Shown: one piece after another, positions 52,840 to 64,000 of the stretch
How positions within the stretch are numbered: position 1 is the stretch's first letter
How the letters are laid out: each line of letters opens with the position of its first letter
Source: Camelus dromedarius
Taxonomy: Eukaryota
DNA: 64,000 nucleotides
Direction: 5' to 3'
Assembly (NCBI RefSeq): GCF_036321535.1
Contig: NC_087437.1
Location: 43,960,001-44,024,000, forward strand
Position numbers and translations under genes: made by a program
Notes under the pieces: model-generated
What the model was told of the DNA's origin: nothing
Seen by the model: only the letters and a program-made list of their open reading frames with translations
The model's database searches: none

Positions 52840-53570
52840 TTGTCGGCATTATGATTGCCTACAAAGTGTCCATTCATCATTTCTTAATTTGCAGTAGAAT
52901 TCCCATTTTATTCAGGGTAGAAATATGCCCAACTTCAGCTAATGGAAGTAACAGACCTCTAAGGGGCATTTAGAAATGTTTGAGCATGTTTTAGAGTGTC
53001 AGAAGGACTAAAAGATAATACTGACATTCAGTGTCCTTGGTCTGTAGATGCTAAATGTCCTGGAATATACAGAACTGTCGTCCATAACAATTATTTTTTC
53101 AGCTTAAAGTATTCCTAGGATCCCCAATAAGAAATGCTGGTTTAACTCAGTTCTCCTAATCATGTTGCCCTCTTTGTCTACCTTCTTTTTAATTAGTAAG
53201 AATGTGTGACCCATTTCTGGGAAGGGAGATGGAAGAGGGAGTATCCTAGATGGTGACTGTGTTGGGATGCTTCAGGAAAATATATAACATTTCTTTCTGG
53301 TATAAAATAGATATGATTCATTATTTACTAAGGCATATGTAATACATAGGACTATGGTTGGCAACAGGGAAGACCAAAAGCCTTGGGCAAGATTTGGAAG
53401 TGTAGACATATAGTAGCATCTAGTTGTCTTTTGATAAGCATAACTAACTTTTCTTGTCATGTGAGGGCTCGACTTCCTGTTATGTGGGGGAAAAAATAAA
53501 CTCCTTGATTGTTTAAGCCATTATTAGTTGGAATTTTGATACCTTCAGTTGTTAATGCTCTGGATTGATA
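52840..53570 (+). mobile_element. MLT1-type MaLR LTR with nested MER20-like element (~52955-53140)
   Basis: MLT1 3' end 'gacttcctgttatgtggggg aaaaaataaactccttgattgtttaagccattattagttgg'; insert 'aggggcatttagaaatgttt...gatgctaaatgtcctggaat...aagaaatgctg'. Confidence 0.6.
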
Positions 53571-55049
53571 TGGCTATTGCCTAGTAAGCACATTGACTTT
53601 TACCCACTTTTAATTCCTTTATTTTCTCTTTGGAAAAACTAGGGGTCAGGCAAGTATAGTTACTTGAGAAAAGTCACCTCATTATTTAATGGCAAGGTTG
53701 AAGTACAAATACATTTTTCTCCATTACTAATCTGGCATTATCAAACTATGATGTGTGGGATTTTTCCTCTCTCTTCCTTGAAAAGAATTGTGTATTTAAT
53801 AATTGATTGCATTTGAAATCTAGACATACCTGATGAAAAATAATAAACATACCATGACATTAAAAAACAATATTCTGAATGTGCTTTAAAATGTAACCAT
53901 TCTACATGGTTTATCACCTGATTTATGAGGGTAATAAAAATAGCCTTTCTTCCAAGTCTTGCTAAATTTTCCTTCAGTTGGTGGTATAGAATTCAGAGCA
54001 GCGGGTTTTAAGCAGAAAAAAGACAAGGCAAGTTTTCTAATCAGGTAGATTCTTATAAATGAAAAATTATAAAATATCTTCATGTAAAAATGTCGATCAT
54101 TTGTCAATTGTTCACCAAATGCATAAACAAAAATTTTAAATATTTTGCATAATTTTGACTTTGCAATAAAAAATGCACGTAGAAACAGAAAGCTCCTAGA
54201 TGCTAGCAAATCCATTATTTTACTATACACTTTAAATTTCATTGTTACAGAGAAGTCATTTTATCTTGAGGGAAGCCAAGAGGACAGAGAAAAGTAGGAA
54301 CATGATATTTTCTTAGAAAGATGATTAGCAAGCACTTATTTAGAGATTTCATATTTTAATACAGAGATTTCAGCCTTGTGTACAACACAAAAGTACAATC
54401 ACATTTCCTGTGCCTGGAATTATATTTAAAAATATATTATGTTCACAGAAGTGTAATAACCATTAAAAGACCTAATGGAAATTAATTTGAAAGCTTCCAA
54501 TAAGTTGCATTAGCTCAAATTCTTGAAAGGTTGAAGCATGTTTCTTTTTCATACCCAGTAAATAGACTTAATAACAGCAAGATATAAGACTAAGTTGAAA
54601 CTGATGAGGTAATGACATATTATATGATTGGTGCCTAAAGGAAATAATACAATTTTAGAGCTGCAGGAGGTATTAAGGGTTATCTAGTTCAGTATTTATC
54701 ATATTTAAATAGTTTCAAGGATTCTTTTACATAGAAACTAAGTATCATGGACTCCTGTATTTTACTTAACATTTTTCTTATTAAACATAAATATATATAA
54801 ATTTGAAACTACATATACACTTCCTAAGTTTCTCTCTTTTATATAATCATAATGCAAACAGTCAGAAATCCCAATAAATATAAAATAAAAAACATTAAAA
54901 TTAAATTATTTCATTTAATGTAGATTGTTATTTTCTTGAAATCATTAATATTGAATTTAGTACTAGAAAAATAGTCCTAGTAAGATTCTTTATTTAATTC
55001 ATTTCTACATTCTTTATCTCAAACAGCTTTGTTTATAATCATATATTGG

Positions 55050-56290
55050 TAGTAATTTCTACCATAAGTAAAGTCTATCATAAATTTTATATGATACTAT
55101 TTTTACCCTCATTCTTGAAAGAAATTTTACCAGCTTTATGAATCTAGATGGATAATAATTTCCTCCTGAGATTTGGAAGATATTCTACTGTCTTCTGGCT
55201 TTTATAGCTACCATTGATAAGTCTGCAATCTGTCAGATTACTAGAGATCTGTCTTTTCTCCTTGATATTTTGAAAATATTCTTCTTGTTTTTGAGATGCT
55301 TTAGTTTCCTTTGTATCTCTAAACTTTTACTTATTTTTCATCCTGTTTATAATCCATTATGCTTCCTGTTTATATAAATTTATTATTTTTATCTGTTATA
55401 GAAAATTCCAAGTTGAATAGCTCTTTCATATTGCCTTTCCTTCATTCTCTTCCCCTTGTCCCCATTTAGATGAATACTAGCCTTTACATTTGACCCTGAA
55501 AATATTTTAAACTCCTTAAATTCTTCATTATCTTTACTCTCTTTGATGCAATATGAGTAATTTCTTTAGCTGTATCATCCATTTCTTATACTCCATATTC
55601 AGTTGAGTGTAAGCAGACATTTAGCCATACATTTCTAATTAAAACAATTATATTTTATTTCTAAGGTATAATTTGACTTATTTCAACACTTCCTGGTAAT
55701 TTTTGATAATAAAATGTTGCTATTTCTTTTTTATGATGCCATAAGATATTTCTGTCAAAATATCACACATAGTCATTCTATTGTGTCTAGCTATAAATTC
55801 TAATTTATAATTTTCTTTTGGTTATAAATCTTTTTTCTGTTGTTTCCGCCAAATAACACTCATGAGGTCTTGGTTTTGGTGTGTTTATAAGCTTTATTTG
55901 TGAACTCATATATGACTGATTTTGATCTGTGGAAAATGTGAGGCCCTAGTGAAGATGCCTTTCTGTGGAAAGGGATTGTATTTACTTTTGCTGAGAATTT
56001 GGGGGAATTATTGATTTGGGGAAAACTTAGTCCCCCTTTACAGTCCCAAGCAGAATCTGGGAGTGTCAATTTAATTATTTCCGTTGCATAGACATTGCTG
56101 GGAATGTCCATTTCAATGTTCCTACTATGCTTTAGATTACTTACTGTATTTATTTACTTAGTTGTTGATTCATTTTGCTATTTGAAGGTTTCTCCTACTT
56201 CTTCTGAAACCATCAATGTGACAAAAATTACATTTGGTGAGAGATCTAATTTTTCTGTGTGGAAATGTCCCATGATTCTCTAGTCCACTA
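55050..56290 (-). mobile_element. Ancient L1M ORF1/5'-region remnant
   Basis: T-rich antisense text 'ccctcattcttgaaag...tttggaagatattctactgtcttctggcttt...gataagtctg'. Confidence 0.55.
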
Positions 56291-56679
56291 AACAGCTCAA
56301 AGTGACAGTTTCCTAGGTTATAGTATTCTGGCTACAAATTTTCTATTTTAGCAAATAATGACAAGATTGTAGAAGTAAATTAGTAAAGACTTCAAGTTTT
56401 AAAAATAACATCACTTTCAAAATAACTTGACTAAAATTCAATTTATTCAACTTTGTATTCCACTTGAAACTTGTTGACATCTAGTCATTGTAACTGTAGA
56501 TTCAATCTAATTAAATGGCCAAAACTATCATCAAAATAGGCTTCCAAAGCTAACCACTTAAAATCAGTTTATTGGTCTCCATGAGACAACCATTAGAAAG
56601 TAAATACCTATTGGCAATAGGCTTGGTCCAATACTGAAAACATGCTATATACATGACCTTTTATCTATAAAAAAAAATT

Positions 56680-57150
56680 TATGCATTACCTACCTATGTT
56701 CCAGGCATGTTCTGGGTTACAGAGAGTAACAAAACAGAGTTCAGCCATTGTACTTACATTCAAGTGATGAAAGAGTTGATAGCCAGTAAATAAGTACAAG
56801 GACAAATCAGAAATTCATACAATAAAGCAAATAAAGCAGGGTGGTGTGATAACGAGTGACTAAGAAGGGTTAGTTGACTATTTGGAATGTATTCTGGTGA
56901 TGGCTTACCTGAGGAGGTAGGAGTTGAAATCATGAGCTGAGGAAAGTTTAACAAATGCTTCAGCAAGTGCAGTGCTCTAAGACAGAATGGAGTTTGTCAT
57001 GTTCTCAATGGAGAAGAACAAAAAGAATGCCAGTATGATTGTAGCATAGTGATCTACTCTTAAGAGTGTTATAACATTAAAAAGGTAAATAAGAAATATT
57101 TCAAACCATGGGAAAGTGTTTGGATTATATTTTAAATGCACTGAGAAGAA
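56680..57150 (-). mobile_element. L2 fragment
   Basis: 'tacctatgttccaggcatgttctggg...aaataaagcagggtgg...ggcttacctgaggaggt...tttggattatattttaaatgcactgagaag'. Confidence 0.7.
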
Positions 57151-57484
57151 GTTAGTTTCAACTTGTTGAATGATTATATAACTATATGTTTATAATTCAT
57201 AATTATAAATATATATTAAATTTCAATAAATTTATAACTATAATAATTATATAATTTAATATTATATAACATTGTATAAAATTATAATCATTTTCAAGAA
57301 TATTTTAATAAATATTAAATTACACCCTACATGTACTTAAGAAGAACCACTAAAACTTGTTGAACAGATGCCAGAAAAGGGAAGGGAGGCTGTGCACTAG
57401 TCAGACACCTGAAATGATATCTCTTTATTGTTATCTTCATCAGGTTACATATATGGATATTTTATTCCAAGAATTCTTTAGCCT

Positions 57485-58245
57485 TTTTTTTTTCAAACAG
57501 CTTTATTGTTGTAAAATTGACATACAATGAATTACAGTATTTAAGATGTAGAATTTGAATTTTTTTGACATATCTTTACACCTGTGGATCCATCATTACA
57601 ATGGAGATAGTAAGACATCCATTACCTGCAGAAGTTTCCTCATAACCATTTTCAATCCCTCATCTCACTCCCCTCCCCAATCCCAGGCAACTACTGATCT
57701 GCTTACTGTCATTACTGATTAATTACACCACTATATAGATTAGAACTTCATTTAAATTGAATCACTCAGTACAAACACTTTAGTCTGATTACTTTTACTT
57801 AGAATAATTATTTTCAGAATAGTTATATTCATGTTGTAGTAATTACCAATGGATTGTTTCTTTTCATTGCTGAGAAATGTTCCATTATATGGGTATACCA
57901 GACTTGTTTATCCACTCACCTGCTGATAGACATTTGAATTGTTTTCAGATTTTGGCTATTATAAATAAAGGTACTTTGAACATTTGTGTACAGATCTTTG
58001 TGTGATCATGATGCGTTCATTTCTTTCAAGTAAATACTTAGATGTTGAAAGGCTGGACCATAACTTTGTAAAAAACTGCCCAATTGTTTTCCAAAGTAGT
58101 TGTACCATTTTTCATTCCCAGTAATAGTGTATGAGAATTCTAGTTTCCCCACATTCCCAACGTTTAGTATGTTTAGTCATTTTAATTCTGGTCAGTCTAA
58201 TAGCTATGCATTGGTACCTCTTTGTCATTTTAATTTTTATTTCTC
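57485..58245 (-). mobile_element. L1MC/MD-type 3' end
   Basis: T tail then 'cagctttattg', 'cccaggcaactactgatctgct', 'ttgtttatccactcacctgctgatagacatttg', 'aactgcccaattgttttccaaagt'. Confidence 0.85.
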
Positions 58246-59837
58246 TCTTGACTATGAATATCTAAGCTCTAGAGATATAAAGAGGCATAAGATTCTGTAC
58301 CTGCTCAATCAGCAGATACAAAATTTGTCAACTAAAATCCAGTGCACTTATAGTGTATTCCTCTTTCTTAGTACTTTGCAGTTTATGATTCACTTATGTG
58401 GATGGTTTCCATAAGGTTAAGAGATCAACATGAAATGAAGATACCTCAGATTCTTCTTAAGTTTTCGAAGAGCTCACACTACCCTTGGGGAAGCAGACAG
58501 AGGAAAAAAAATCATGGTAGCAGAAAGTAAATTTCAAATAATAAGTACTAAAAATAAATGATCCTGTAAATATTCAGAAAGGGTTTCCTAGTGGAGGGTG
58601 GACTTTTAAAGTTTAGTAATTGATAAGAAAATATCAGTAAGTGAACAACATAAAGAGATGAGATTAGTGAAGTGAGAAGCAGCAATATTAAGTTTTTAAA
58701 GAGCAAAGAATATACTGGGCCAGTTGGGCTGACTAGTTTCCTGGAAGTCATGAGAGTTCAGGATTCAGTGTTATCCTGACCACAGGTGTTTGATAATAAG
58801 TGATCATTTTCTCATTTTAGATCATGAATGCCTGTGAAAGACTTATTAATGAAGTTTGTAATTAGAGTATTTAATATTCCTGGAAATCATCATCACCTGT
58901 AAAGGCAGGGCCTGGAAATTTTGGGGTAGTTTAATAGGATTTTTAGTTACACAAGGTCATCTTGTAGGTTTTATAACCTCAGTAAGGTATGGTGCTCAGC
59001 ATGAAAAGTAAAGAAGACAAAGGACTGAATAACCAAGTTACTTCCCCTCTCTGAATATCCCACTATAAATTGTTTTTATTTTTAACCTTATAGAACATCT
59101 TTAAAATTAAAGACATTTTTAACTTTATAGACATCTTATACTCCACTCCGCTCTGGGAGTTTTACTTTTTCTTTTGCTGCATCTTGGAACAGCTAAAACA
59201 ATATTCTGAAATCCTGGGGAGGTGTGCTTTCTGGCCTCCTGTGGCAGGAGAGTTTTTTAAAGTCTGCGCATTCTCTATGCTGGCTTCAACACTAAGTGGT
59301 TTAAATTAGAAACTCTCTGGAAAAGAAGAGTCCACTTTATTTATCTGTCAGTTGAGAAAGAGGACATGTACTATGAGGTACCATAATACTTATTCTAATG
59401 GAATGAACTCGGAGATGTGGGAGCTTCAGGCTGAAGGTCATTCACTCATTAATACCTAGCTTTGTTTTTTCACTTTTCCCCTTTTTTGTGTTTGTGATAT
59501 GGTAAAGTGTTCTAGTGCTATTCACTGACTACAAAAGTGAGACCTTGGAAGAACTAACTACAGAAATAAATATTGCCTTTTAGGGACTCCTATTTTCTGT
59601 AATTTCAAATGTAAGCTTGAAAAAATATTATAGTCAGAGAGTATTCTACAGTATATTAACGTGACAAGGGGAATATTCACTTGAAGTGAAAGAAGAATGC
59701 TTATTAGAAGTGATGTATTTTTAATCTTTTTATTAGCATTGATATATTTTGAATTATTAATTATAAATTCATACAAATAGATTTGTTTATAATGCCAAAA
59801 ACAACCATGCAGGAAGATAAATGAGACAAAGTTAGAG

Positions 59838-59892
59838 ACACACACACACACACAAACACACACAAACACACACACATATACACACATACACA
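59838..59892. repeat. Interrupted (CA)n microsatellite
   Basis: Direct reading. Confidence 0.9.
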
Positions 59893-60041
59893 TTGTGATG
59901 AAAAGCAGATCAAAACTTGCAGAATATAGGTGAAAAATCATCAATTCATGCCCTATAGGTAATTATCAGACTCACTCATTTCATAGTAGTTGTCTTCTGA
60001 AGAGCATAAGTTGTTCTGTGACATTTCTGAATCTTTATATA

Positions 60042-60205
60042 TGCTATAGACTGGATGTTGTGTCCCTCTAGATTCATGTGTTACTGCCAAATTCCTAATA
60101 TAATGGTATTTGGAGTTGGGGCCTTTGGGAGGTAATTGAATCATGGAGACAGAGCCCTCATGAGTGAAATTAGTGCCTTGTAAAAGAAGTGAGAACTCAC
60201 TTACT
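60042..60205 (+). mobile_element. MLT1A-type MaLR LTR 5' half
   Basis: 'tgctatagactggatgttgtgtccctc...ggtatttggagttggggcctttgggaggtaatt...agccctcatgagtgaaattagtgcctt'. Confidence 0.8.
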
Positions 60206-60206
60206 T

Positions 60207-60515
60207 TGTTGCCAAGCGATTAGGTTTTTGCCTTGTTGCAGAAAGAATTCAGAGACAAGACAGGGAGGTTAAGAAAGTCAAGTGAGGATTTATTAAGGGA
60301 TAGATAGTACCCTCTCAAGTGGAGAGCTAATTCAGCTTGAAAGGCCATTCTTTCTTATACTTCACACATGCGACATGACTTTCCCAGTGAATTTTTGCAG
60401 ATAACTATTGGCCTGCAGATCTAACTGTTTAAGTTCCAAGATTCCTAATTTGGTTTTCCTTCCATTAAAATGCTCTTCTTCCTGACTCCTACTTAACCCC
60501 CACTTCTACTTTTCA
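60207..60515 (-). mobile_element. Probable ERV-type solo LTR fragment
   Basis: Begins tgttg (antisense ...CAACA end), antisense AATAAA at 60289-60294, 'ttgcagaaagaattcagagacaagac' LTR-like; truncates the MLT1A. Confidence 0.5.
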
Positions 60516-60651
60516 GTTTCCTACTTGTTCAGCAAATAAATTCATTACAGTGTAAAATTTAGCCAAAGGAAGTGCTTATTATTTGAGAATAATTAGTATT
60601 AATAAAAGACCAGTTAATGAAAGCACATATAAAATAACAATAAAAATGTTG

Positions 60652-61080
60652 TCATAAACCCTCACATTTATGGTCAATTGATTTTTGACAAGGATGCTAA
60701 AAAAGTAGGAAAAGAATAGTCTTTTCAGCAAATTGTGCTGGTAAAACTGGATATCCGCATGCAGAAGAATGAAGTTTGATCCTTATCTCATATCATGTTG
60801 AAAAATTAACTCAGAATGGATTACAGGCCTAAACTTAAGAGTTAAAACTATTAGAAGAAAACATGAGTAGCTTTTTATGACTCAGTAATTTCTTAGATAT
60901 GACACCAAAAGCACAGACAATGAAAGAAAGAGTAGGTAAATTGTACTATATCAAAATTAAAAATTTTGTCCTATAAAGGACCCTATCATGAAAGTGAGAA
61001 GACAGTCTGCTGGATGGGAAAAAATGTTTACAAGTCATATATCTGATAAGGGAATAGCAAATCATATATCTGATAAGAGA
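60652..61080 (+). mobile_element. L1M ORF2 internal fragment
   Basis: 'ataaaccctcacatttatggtcaattgatttttgacaagg...aaaattaactcagaatggatta...tttcttagatatgacaccaaaagcaca'. Confidence 0.85.
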
Positions 61081-61871
61081 ATATGAATATATGTATTTGT
61101 GATATAAATGTATAACGCAGACACAAATATATATGGGATGGGATGTTGGCTGTATTCTGTAATATAGTTAGCTGATCATTTTAATACAATTAGCTGTATT
61201 CCAGTCCATCACTCTTTTTCACTATCAATATAGAAATTCTCCAGCTTTAATCCTTCTAAGAATTTAAAATTGATCATTACATAAGGAGCTATAGGCAATT
61301 TATGAACAAAATCCATTTGAAAAGATATAGATAAATCAAAGAGTACAAGTAGTTTTTATGGTCGTACTCATTTTATTTACTGTCTCTTCTACCCATCCCT
61401 CATCCCTCCCCTTTTCTGTCTGTGGGAAGCTATGGATATAATGAATAAAAGAAACAAAACAGAAATTTGTCTCATTTAGCAAAGTAAAGGCATTTTCCAT
61501 TGGGAAACTCCCCTATGCCAAGCAGAATATTATTTAAGCTATTGCCACCCACACAACTTACTACTTGTCAATATGTTTGTTTCTTTGAAGTTTATATACT
61601 TGATCCATTGGAGAACTAAAACAATAATGAGTAATATATCACCTATTTCATATTTTAAATCAAAATTTCAAGCAAGATGTGCTAAATTTAAACCTGTAAG
61701 TCTATTCTGAGAAATGGCATTCTTCTGAGCTACCTCTTCTTCCAACCTTAGCAACAATCTCTTAATGGTCAATATGTTTATAACATGTAACTGTAAATGA
61801 ATGCCATTTTGTAAAATGGTAAAACTTCCACATATACATTTTATGAGTCAAATGTTGAAAAGATTTTTTCT

Positions 61872-62231
61872 TTTTAACTTTAATATTTTTATTGAAGTAT
61901 AGTTGATTTACAGTGTTGTGTTACCTTCTTGTTTATCTATTTTGTATATAGTAGTTTGTGTCTGCTAATCCCAAACTCCCAGTTATCCCTCCCACCCCCC
62001 ATTCTCCTTTGGTAACCCTAAGTTTGTTTTCTATGTCTATGAGTCTGTTTCTGTTTTGTAAATAAGTTCATTTGTTTCATTTTTTAGATTCCACATATAA
62101 GTGATATTATATAATACCTGACTTTGTCTGACTTACTTCATTTAGTATAATTTCTAGGTCCATCCATGTTGCTGCAAATGGTATTATTTTATTCTTTTCT
62201 ATGGCTGAGTAGTATTCCATTGGATATAGAT

Positions 62232-62266
<35 letters not shown>

Positions 62267-62455
62267 CACCACATCTTTATCCAATCACCTGTGATGGACA
62301 TTTAGATTGCTTCCATGTCTTGGCTACTGTAGATAGTGCTGCTGTAAATATTGGGATGCATGTATGTTTTCGAATTAGAGTTTTCTCTGGATTTATGCCC
62401 AGGAATGGAATTGCTGGATCATAGGCAATGCTGTTTTTAGTTTGTTAAGGAATGC
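61872..62455 (-). mobile_element. Cetartiodactyl-type L1 3' end with internal (GATA)/(GACA) microsatellite (~62223-62268)
   Basis: ORF 62107-62301 (MEYYSAIEKNKIIPFAATWMDLEII) is L1 ORF2 C-terminus; probable TSD aaagat(t/g)ttttct at 61859-61871 / 62456-62468. Confidence 0.9.
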
Positions 62456-63001
62456 AAAGATGTTTTCTGTTTGTAGATTTGTTCTTCAAATATGCCTCTG
62501 TTGCTCAAGAGAAACAGAGTTTGACTTACCACATATATGAATCCTTTTTTTTAAATAACCTTTTCAGTTTGCCTGAATTAATAGCATTGTATGTAGTTTT
62601 ATTGTGCTTAGGACTATGAGTTTAAAGGATTCAAAATTTGAACTTTAAAGGAGGCATCTTAGAAATACTGAAGTGGAAAAGGAATTTCCCATGTTTAATA
62701 TTTCAAATCTAACAGGGTTTGGTTTGTTTTGTTTAGGAATAACTTTATATTATTTAAAAAGGAAGTACATTATTTGGATACAATCTTTTTGGATAATTTT
62801 TTTATTATAGTAAGAAAGACCTATCTATTTCTTAATCTGAACTTCTTAACCCCAGATGTTCTCCAAACAAAATTCAGACATTTGCAAAAGGTTATTTGTG
62901 ATTGACATATGAAATTTATTTATTCATTTATTTAAATTCAGCCTCATTTGCCACAAGATTTGTGATGCCTTAGACAGAGCATCAAGAACAGGAATATTAG
63001 C

Positions 63002-63126
63002 CACAGAGAAAAAAAATATGACAGTAAATATATATATGTTCATGTATAACTGAAAAATGTGCTCTACACTGGAATTTGACACAACATTATAAAATGATTA
63101 TAAATCAATAAAAAATGTTAAAAAAA
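63002..63126 (+). mobile_element. Very short young L1 3' end with TSD
   Basis: Reverse complement of the 3' tips at ~32495-32610 and ~48470-48585; TSD aagaacaggaat(a/g)ttagc at 62984-63001 and 63127-63144. Confidence 0.92.
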
Positions 63127-64000
63127 AAGAACAGGAATGTTAGCAAAGTGAAAAATAAGATAAAAGAAAAATACAAACTTGCTATTGCAATGTCATACAT
63201 ATTCATTAGAATTGATAGTTGAAGTGTCTGTAAACTTTCTGGCAGTCAAAGTGAGGAAGGAGTCCTGATCTGTTTCCATCATATTTGTTGTTATAATTTT
63301 AAAACTATATCCATTCCTGTCACTTAACTCTCAAAGAAATTTCTCATGGAGAACTTTATATAGGGAATGACAAATGATATGATAATGGATTTTTGCAGTG
63401 ACAAATTTCTTTGATTAAAGAAGGTCTAATATTGAAATATAACTCTGGGAAGATGATTCTGGGTTCTAAAGGCAATATAATCCAAATTTGTAGTCTTCTG
63501 ATGGTTTGGCTTGATCTAAGGAACAAATGCAGTATATATGGAAGAGTGACTACATTGTAGTTTCTACAAATCATCTGTCATAAAACTAATTTATCAGAGA
63601 GATCAAGATTCCTTTTCAGAACTGGAGTCAGAGAAGATACTATAGGTAAAATTTTTGATATGTTGACTGTTCTAGTAAGCTTTATTATTTGTTTGCAAAA
63701 AGTCCTAAATATTAGCAACCATACTTATTTTCTGGAACCTTTCAGTAGCTAGCTGTCTAAGAAAATGTGAAATTGGAAGATGTTAAGATGGACTGGTCAC
63801 TGTTGTTTGTCAAATTCATGAGGCTTGTATGCTGGGAATCTGTTCCTTTTTATGATGAATCAGTGTTGTTACAAATTGAATGCATTTAACCTCAACATAC
63901 ATGTCCCTTTTTTTGAGGAGTGTATCAGTTACAATGCTTTTGCTTATAAATGAATAGAAAATGTGATTCAAACTGGTATAAATATCAATAAATAGTAATT

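Noticed and set aside
57170..57320. AT-only block with quasi-palindromes
   Set aside because: Low-complexity sequence without a defined unit or unique-word inversion
59558..59944. 128-aa ORF with CVCVCV repeats
   Set aside because: Translation of a (CA)n microsatellite and AT-rich DNA
61032..61078. Duplicated tcatatatctgataag
   Set aside because: Small local duplication at the end of an L1 fragment; unremarkable
63620..63645. 26-nt exon-like segment (ttttcag|...TAG|gtaaaa)
   Set aside because: Short pyrimidine tract and weak donor; expected by chance in 64 kb

Overview
AT-rich, CpG-poor mammalian non-coding DNA (intron-like or intergenic). I find no intact protein-coding gene, RNA gene or CRISPR array; the only recognisable ORFs are LINE-1 ORF2 fragments. 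A large part of the window is recognisable interspersed repeat: old and young L1, L2, MIR, hAT/Tigger MERs, MaLR/ERVL/ERV LTRs and microsatellites. The repeat set has cetartiodactyl-type L1 3' ends plus a young lineage-specific L1, and I see no Alu, Bov-tA/BovB, PRE1 or SINEC. This suggests a cetartiodactyl, most plausibly a camelid (inference). L1s are biased to the minus strand, which hints at a host transcript on the + strand, and one good + strand micro-exon candidate (1051-1087) is present. The best-supported structure is retrotransposition archaeology: three 5'-inverted (twin-primed) L1s, a four-level nested insertion, internally deleted L1s that keep both ends, and several readable TSDs. 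I see no evidence of a novel biological system. Repeat family names are from my recall of consensus sequences, not from a search, and boundaries are approximate unless TSD/TIR coordinates are given.
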